Under the pieces are notes generated by a model. That model had not been told where the DNA came from and ran no database searches. It saw nothing but the letters and a program-made list of their open reading frames with translations. A stretch of 64,000 nucleotides of DNA from contig AP026142.1 in the NCBI GenBank assembly GCA_030295235.1, positions 124,001 through 188,000 of the forward strand. The letters are read 5' to 3'. The DNA comes from Fistulifera solaris. Its lineage: Eukaryota. Position numbers and translations under genes: made by a program. Every line of letters starts with the position of its first letter. Position 1 is the first letter of the stretch. This document shows positions 60,069-64,000 of this stretch, one piece after another.

Positions 60069-61158
60069 TATTATTTTCTTTGATACAGCGTTTTCAGGAA
60101 AAATGGAGTTATGGTTAAATGATGGCAATGATGGAAACCGAAAAATAGAAATGTTCTGTGTTCTCATTGTCGAAGTCGAACAGCGCGTCGATGTCACGAA
60201 TGAAAACAAAAAGAGGACCATGATGGATTTTTAACGAGCTCCGAATTCCGGATTCCCTTCTAATCTGTTCGCTATTAACCAGGACGTTCTCTTTGATTGA
60301 AAGTTGAAAGGTATGGTACATGGTACGCTTCACTAAGAGAGTCCGAAGACGGTTACTTCAACGTCCAAACTTCTGGAACTTCGTCATCTATGAAAAAATG
60401 TGTAAAATACCTATAGCCCCATTCGAAAAGCGTCGCTTACTTCAATAAGATCGTCCCCGTCTTGATGTCTTGAATACGTTACAAACGCGAACACGAGCAA
60501 CATTTCGCCGAATACTGATATCACGTGATACACCGACGGTATAATTGTCTGAAGCTTTATCATTCACTGACATCAAAAAACTTCTGGAGATTGGAGACTC
60601 CAGGGGCAAAACGTGAAAAAGTCCGTCGAGCTTAAATCCTTTGGACAGGAGAAACAAGACACAAGACCACAAGACCAACTGTATTTCTTCTGCTTATACT
60701 CATACTGTGTTAAATCTAAGTCGCATGCTACTCCTTATATCTTTTACGCACAAGTTGATGTACAGTAGTTTACAATAAAGTGTTTAAAGGCTTTTCATGC
60801 ATCATATTATTTTTCAGTTTGCTCTTCACCGCCATTTCGCCGCCTGTGGCGAAGTGGTCTTAATTCAACTTAGGGAGAGATTCTTCGCCCGTCCGACTCT
60901 CATTTGTACAGTGTAGTCCGAACTCTTGGTATCTTGTTAGCAGTCATTGATCTGAGTTACTACTAAGACGATTTACAGTTTATGGTAGATTGAGTATGGC
61001 ATAATAAGTACCTATGAGAAGTCGGTATAACTAACAAGCCACAAGCCCTTATATGCTTAAAAGGGTACAGTAAAAGACAACAGATTTGAGTCATATTTTG
61101 AATCAGCACTATAGTAATTTGTGTATAAATTTCTTTTGATGGAACATAGAAAATTGAA

Positions 61159-61186
61159 AGCCAATAGCCAATAGCCAATAGCCAAT
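61159..61186. repeat. (AGCCAAT)4 tandem CCAAT-box-like repeat
   Basis: agccaatagccaatagccaatagccaat in the BCKDHB/bZIP divergent intergenic region. A similar (CCAATAA)3 run lies near 16047. Confidence 0.8.
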
Positions 61187-61627
61187 CGTTGTGGAGTCAA
61201 CGTTCAACGGCATACGGAAGCTACTTATCAGTACCGGGCGAACATCTCAAAACTTGAAACTGTGAGAACCTGAGAATCTCCTAACTCTCATAATGTATCA
61301 TTTTTCACTCTTTACTACAAATAGTTGTTTCGAGGAGCGTGTTCCATGATTTTCTCCGGACCCGTGAGCAATTCCGCTGTACTTCTCTACTTCGTGTACA
61401 GTACTATTTTTACGCATCGATTGTTGTAGGATCGGAACAACAAATGACACCATTTGACTCGGTGAAAACAAAGTGAAAAGGCCATACCGAGCGTTTTGCC
61501 GCTGCCAGCGTGTGTTGACGACCTCAACAAAAAATCGTAACGCAATCATAGACTTCTTCATCATTCAAACGGTTAGAAAAGAAGAAAGATTCGGCATATC
61601 ACGCATCATTCTCACAGACATTCAAAT

Positions 61628-62235
61628 ATGATCAGTATGAAACAAGTGCAAACGGAGCTCAACGACAGCGGTTCGGCCGACGAGAGCAGCGCGAGCCGCA
61701 CCGGTGAACAGAACAAAAACGTTCCGCCAAGCGTCGTATCATTGATGAAACACTACTTGATGAAGACGAAGCTCGCAAGCTCGAATCTCGAAGGGCCTAC
61801 AATCGTAAGTGCGCTGCCAAGGCGCGGAAGCGCTCCAAGGACCTCATTTCGCAGCTACAAGACGAAGTGAACAAGCTCAACCAGGACAAGGCCACACTCG
61901 AACGTACCAACGAAGTGATGCAAGCGCGTCTCAAGCTCCTCGAGCAACAGAATCAAACATTGATGCTCAATCAGAGACAAACCGAGAGTCTCCTGCTATC
62001 TGGAATGCCGAGTACTGTTCCGGGGAGTCTTTTGGGTAGCAACATTCCCCGGAGCGGTCTCGTGAGAGCTCACGGTGATATAAATCTATCAGCCGCTGCT
62101 CTCCTCGAGTCTCTCTCTCAACGCGAACGCATCCTCGCCAGTCAACTCGTCGGCAATGGATTGCTTTCCCAGCAATTCCAAGGTGTCGCCGGTGATCAAT
62201 TGTACAATGGAGTTGATCTCAACAAGAGGCTTTGA
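61628..62235 (+). CDS. bZIP transcription factor; frameshift near 61716
   Basis: Restoring one A gives ...QNKKRSAKRRIIDETLLDEDEARKLESRRAYNRKCAAKARKRSKDLISQLQDEVNKLNQDKATLERTNEVMQARLKLL: an N-x7-R basic region followed by Leu heptads. Confidence 0.88.
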
Positions 62236-62797
62236 TAGTATAGCTGAGATGTAAGCGAATATCACTGCGAGCCAACGAGCGTCAAAACTCCTCTACGCAA
62301 CGATTTTCCTTCGTTGCGTGGATGATATATATGTGCTGAACCCAAAAACAATGAAGTTTGTTTTACAAAGTCATAATCTTTTCTTTTGAAACTATCGTAT
62401 TTGAGCTAGGATTCAGAAAAAGCTTCGCTTTCATTGCTGTAACAACAATTTGTCTCTGAAGTAGAAGCGAAATTGGAATGAGCTTGGTTGATCGACGAAA
62501 GCACTTTAGATAAATCGTATCATCGCAAGACGATCTAGCTCTCTTTATTTTTAACCCTAGTGCAATAGACAACTATAGCGCGTCAATTTTGACAAAAGCG
62601 AAAACGGAGACTCGACGATGGGAAATAATGATACTACGTATTAGACAAAACAACCTTGTTATCGCATAGTTGAAGCTTTCCATTTTTATCAAAAGTTCAT
62701 CTACGTTTCTCACTGCAGACGCTAAACGAAATTGTGTTCATTTGCCGAGTAATAGCCGACGCGACACGAAAGACCCTTGTGAATGTCACAAAGAATA

Positions 62798-63516
62798 ATG
62801 CACGCTATCGTGTGGGTAGTCTGTGCTTTCGTTCTATCACAACAATCCACTGCTTTCTCTTCTAGGCCATTTTTTCTCAAAGCGAAACAAAGCTCTATGC
62901 TACTGCTGACGAAGATGGCAATGAACTCTTGAAAAAAGCGGCCGCCTTGCGTGAAGAAGCCAATCGATTGGAGCAGTCTCTCAAGGCGAATCGGCCCTCT
63001 AAGAGTTCCAATATCCGTCCACAACCCAAAGCACCTCCAATGACATCGTACAAATCCATGAAAGATTCGACCTGGACCTTGACGTATCGATTTGTGGATC
63101 GACCGGAGTCGCGCGATGTCACTTCTCCTTCCGAACGAAACCTCTACAGTGGCAAGTTGACCGTCATCTTTCTGAATGATGGCTACAGTGATGTTGTTCG
63201 CCACGAAAGTACGAATGTTAAAGTCCAGAAAGTATGGGGCTGGGATGTGGAACGATCGAACGACGATGATAACGAGTATTTATTGTTTTCGGTGGATTTT
63301 GTGTTGCCATCGATTGGCAAAGAACGCTTCTACTTTCAGGCCCGAAAAAGTGTCGACGACATAGGGAACATCTCGCTCGCCGAAGGAACTATCACCGTCA
63401 AACTAGACGTAGTGGATTCGAAAGCATCGAGATGGAGTCTCTTTTCTCCACGAGGGATTTTGGCCGAATTTCGGGCTGTCGGTGAATTCATTGGGAAACC
63501 GAGTACAGCATTTTGA
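62798..63516 (+). CDS. Uncharacterised, probably plastid-targeted protein; frameshift near 62872
   Basis: Signal MHAIVWVVCAFVLSQQSTAFSS, then LLKKAAALREEANRLE and a beta-rich domain (WTLTYRF, GKLTVIFLNDGYS, KVWGWDVE, YLLFSVD, RFYFQAR, GILAEFRAVGEF). Confidence 0.78.
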
Positions 63517-63681
63517 TCGATCAATCGAGCAAATAAACAACAAAAGATAGGGATTATTTAGGGATTATATACACAAAAAGTAAGAAGATGACCAAAGAAG
63601 AAGTGCACGTTCGTGTTGCTCCATTCGAGACGCTGCTTGGGGCTCAGAAGACATGGATTTTTTTATACCATGCGCTATCTC

Positions 63682-64000
63682 TGCGTGAAGAAGCCAATCA
63701 ATTGGAGGAGTCTCTCAAGGCGAAATCGACCCTCTGACCTGGACTTTGATGTATCTATTCGCCGATCGACCAGAGTCACGCGATGTCACCTCTCCTTCCG
63801 AACGAAATTCGTACAACGGCAAGTTGACCGCATCTTTTTGAACGATGGCTACAGCGAAGTCGTTCGTCACATGGAACGGCGTTAAAATTCTGCCTCGTCG
63901 TAGACGCTACGTAGAATCTTGCACTGGGAGGCAGAATTTTAACGTCCTTCCCATAAGTACGATCGAGCGACGATGATAACAAATATTTGCTGCTTTCGAT
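63682..64000 (+). pseudogene. Decayed tandem copy of the 62798-63516 gene (runs off the right edge)
   Basis: gcgtgaagaagccaatcaattggaggagtctctcaaggcg, gatcgaccagagtcacgcgatgtcac, ggcaagttgaccg, gatggctacagcga and cgacgatgataac match 62949-63290 collinearly, with multi-base deletions and an insertion. Confidence 0.88.
63871..63954. mobile_element. Tiny MITE-like insertion with terminal inverted repeats inside the pseudogene
   Basis: cgttaaaattctgcctc (63880-63896) is the exact reverse complement of gaggcagaattttaacg (63928-63944), extending imperfectly to about 26 bp. The block is absent from the parent gene and is flanked by a possible AT/CAT duplication. Confidence 0.7.

Noticed and set aside
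60832..60858. GC-rich 10-bp stem-loop (ccatttcgcc...ggcgaagtgg), considered as a Helitron 3' end or terminator
   Set aside because: No CTRR end at the expected distance and no other Helitron evidence; bacterial-style terminators are not expected in this nuclear context.

Overview
This is a gene-dense eukaryotic nuclear region, most likely from a diatom. That is an inference from short GT-AG introns, several bipartite signal peptides with ASAF-type plastid motifs, and a Crypton-type element. About 30 protein-coding loci can be supported. They include a BTB/POZ gene, two head-to-head GT8 glycosyltransferases, plastid pyruvate kinase, an aldo/keto reductase, GOT1, asd, RUVBL2, AsnRS, NDOR1, TOP2, CHCHD2/10, CBP3, a plastid rubredoxin, BCKDHB and a bZIP factor. 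Many genes are split by 1-bp indels in homopolymer runs (about 30 seen), which looks like unpolished long-read assembly error, so several ORF-track entries are fragments of single genes. Five things are not explained by the ORF track. (1) A Crypton-like tyrosine recombinase runs off the left edge, with three copies of a 16-19 bp repeat upstream. (2) A plastid-targeted NusG (NGN+KOW) appears fused to a C-terminal SAP domain. (3) Two convergent paralogues share a FAIM-like N-terminal domain and an identical intron position but have different C-termini (RRM-like versus UIM/Pro-rich). (4) Cbp3 carries a C-terminal WW-like domain. (5) There are two decayed tandem gene copies, one carrying a tiny element with terminal inverted repeats. 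No rRNA, tRNA or CRISPR array was seen. All family calls come from motif recognition by eye; no database searches were run.
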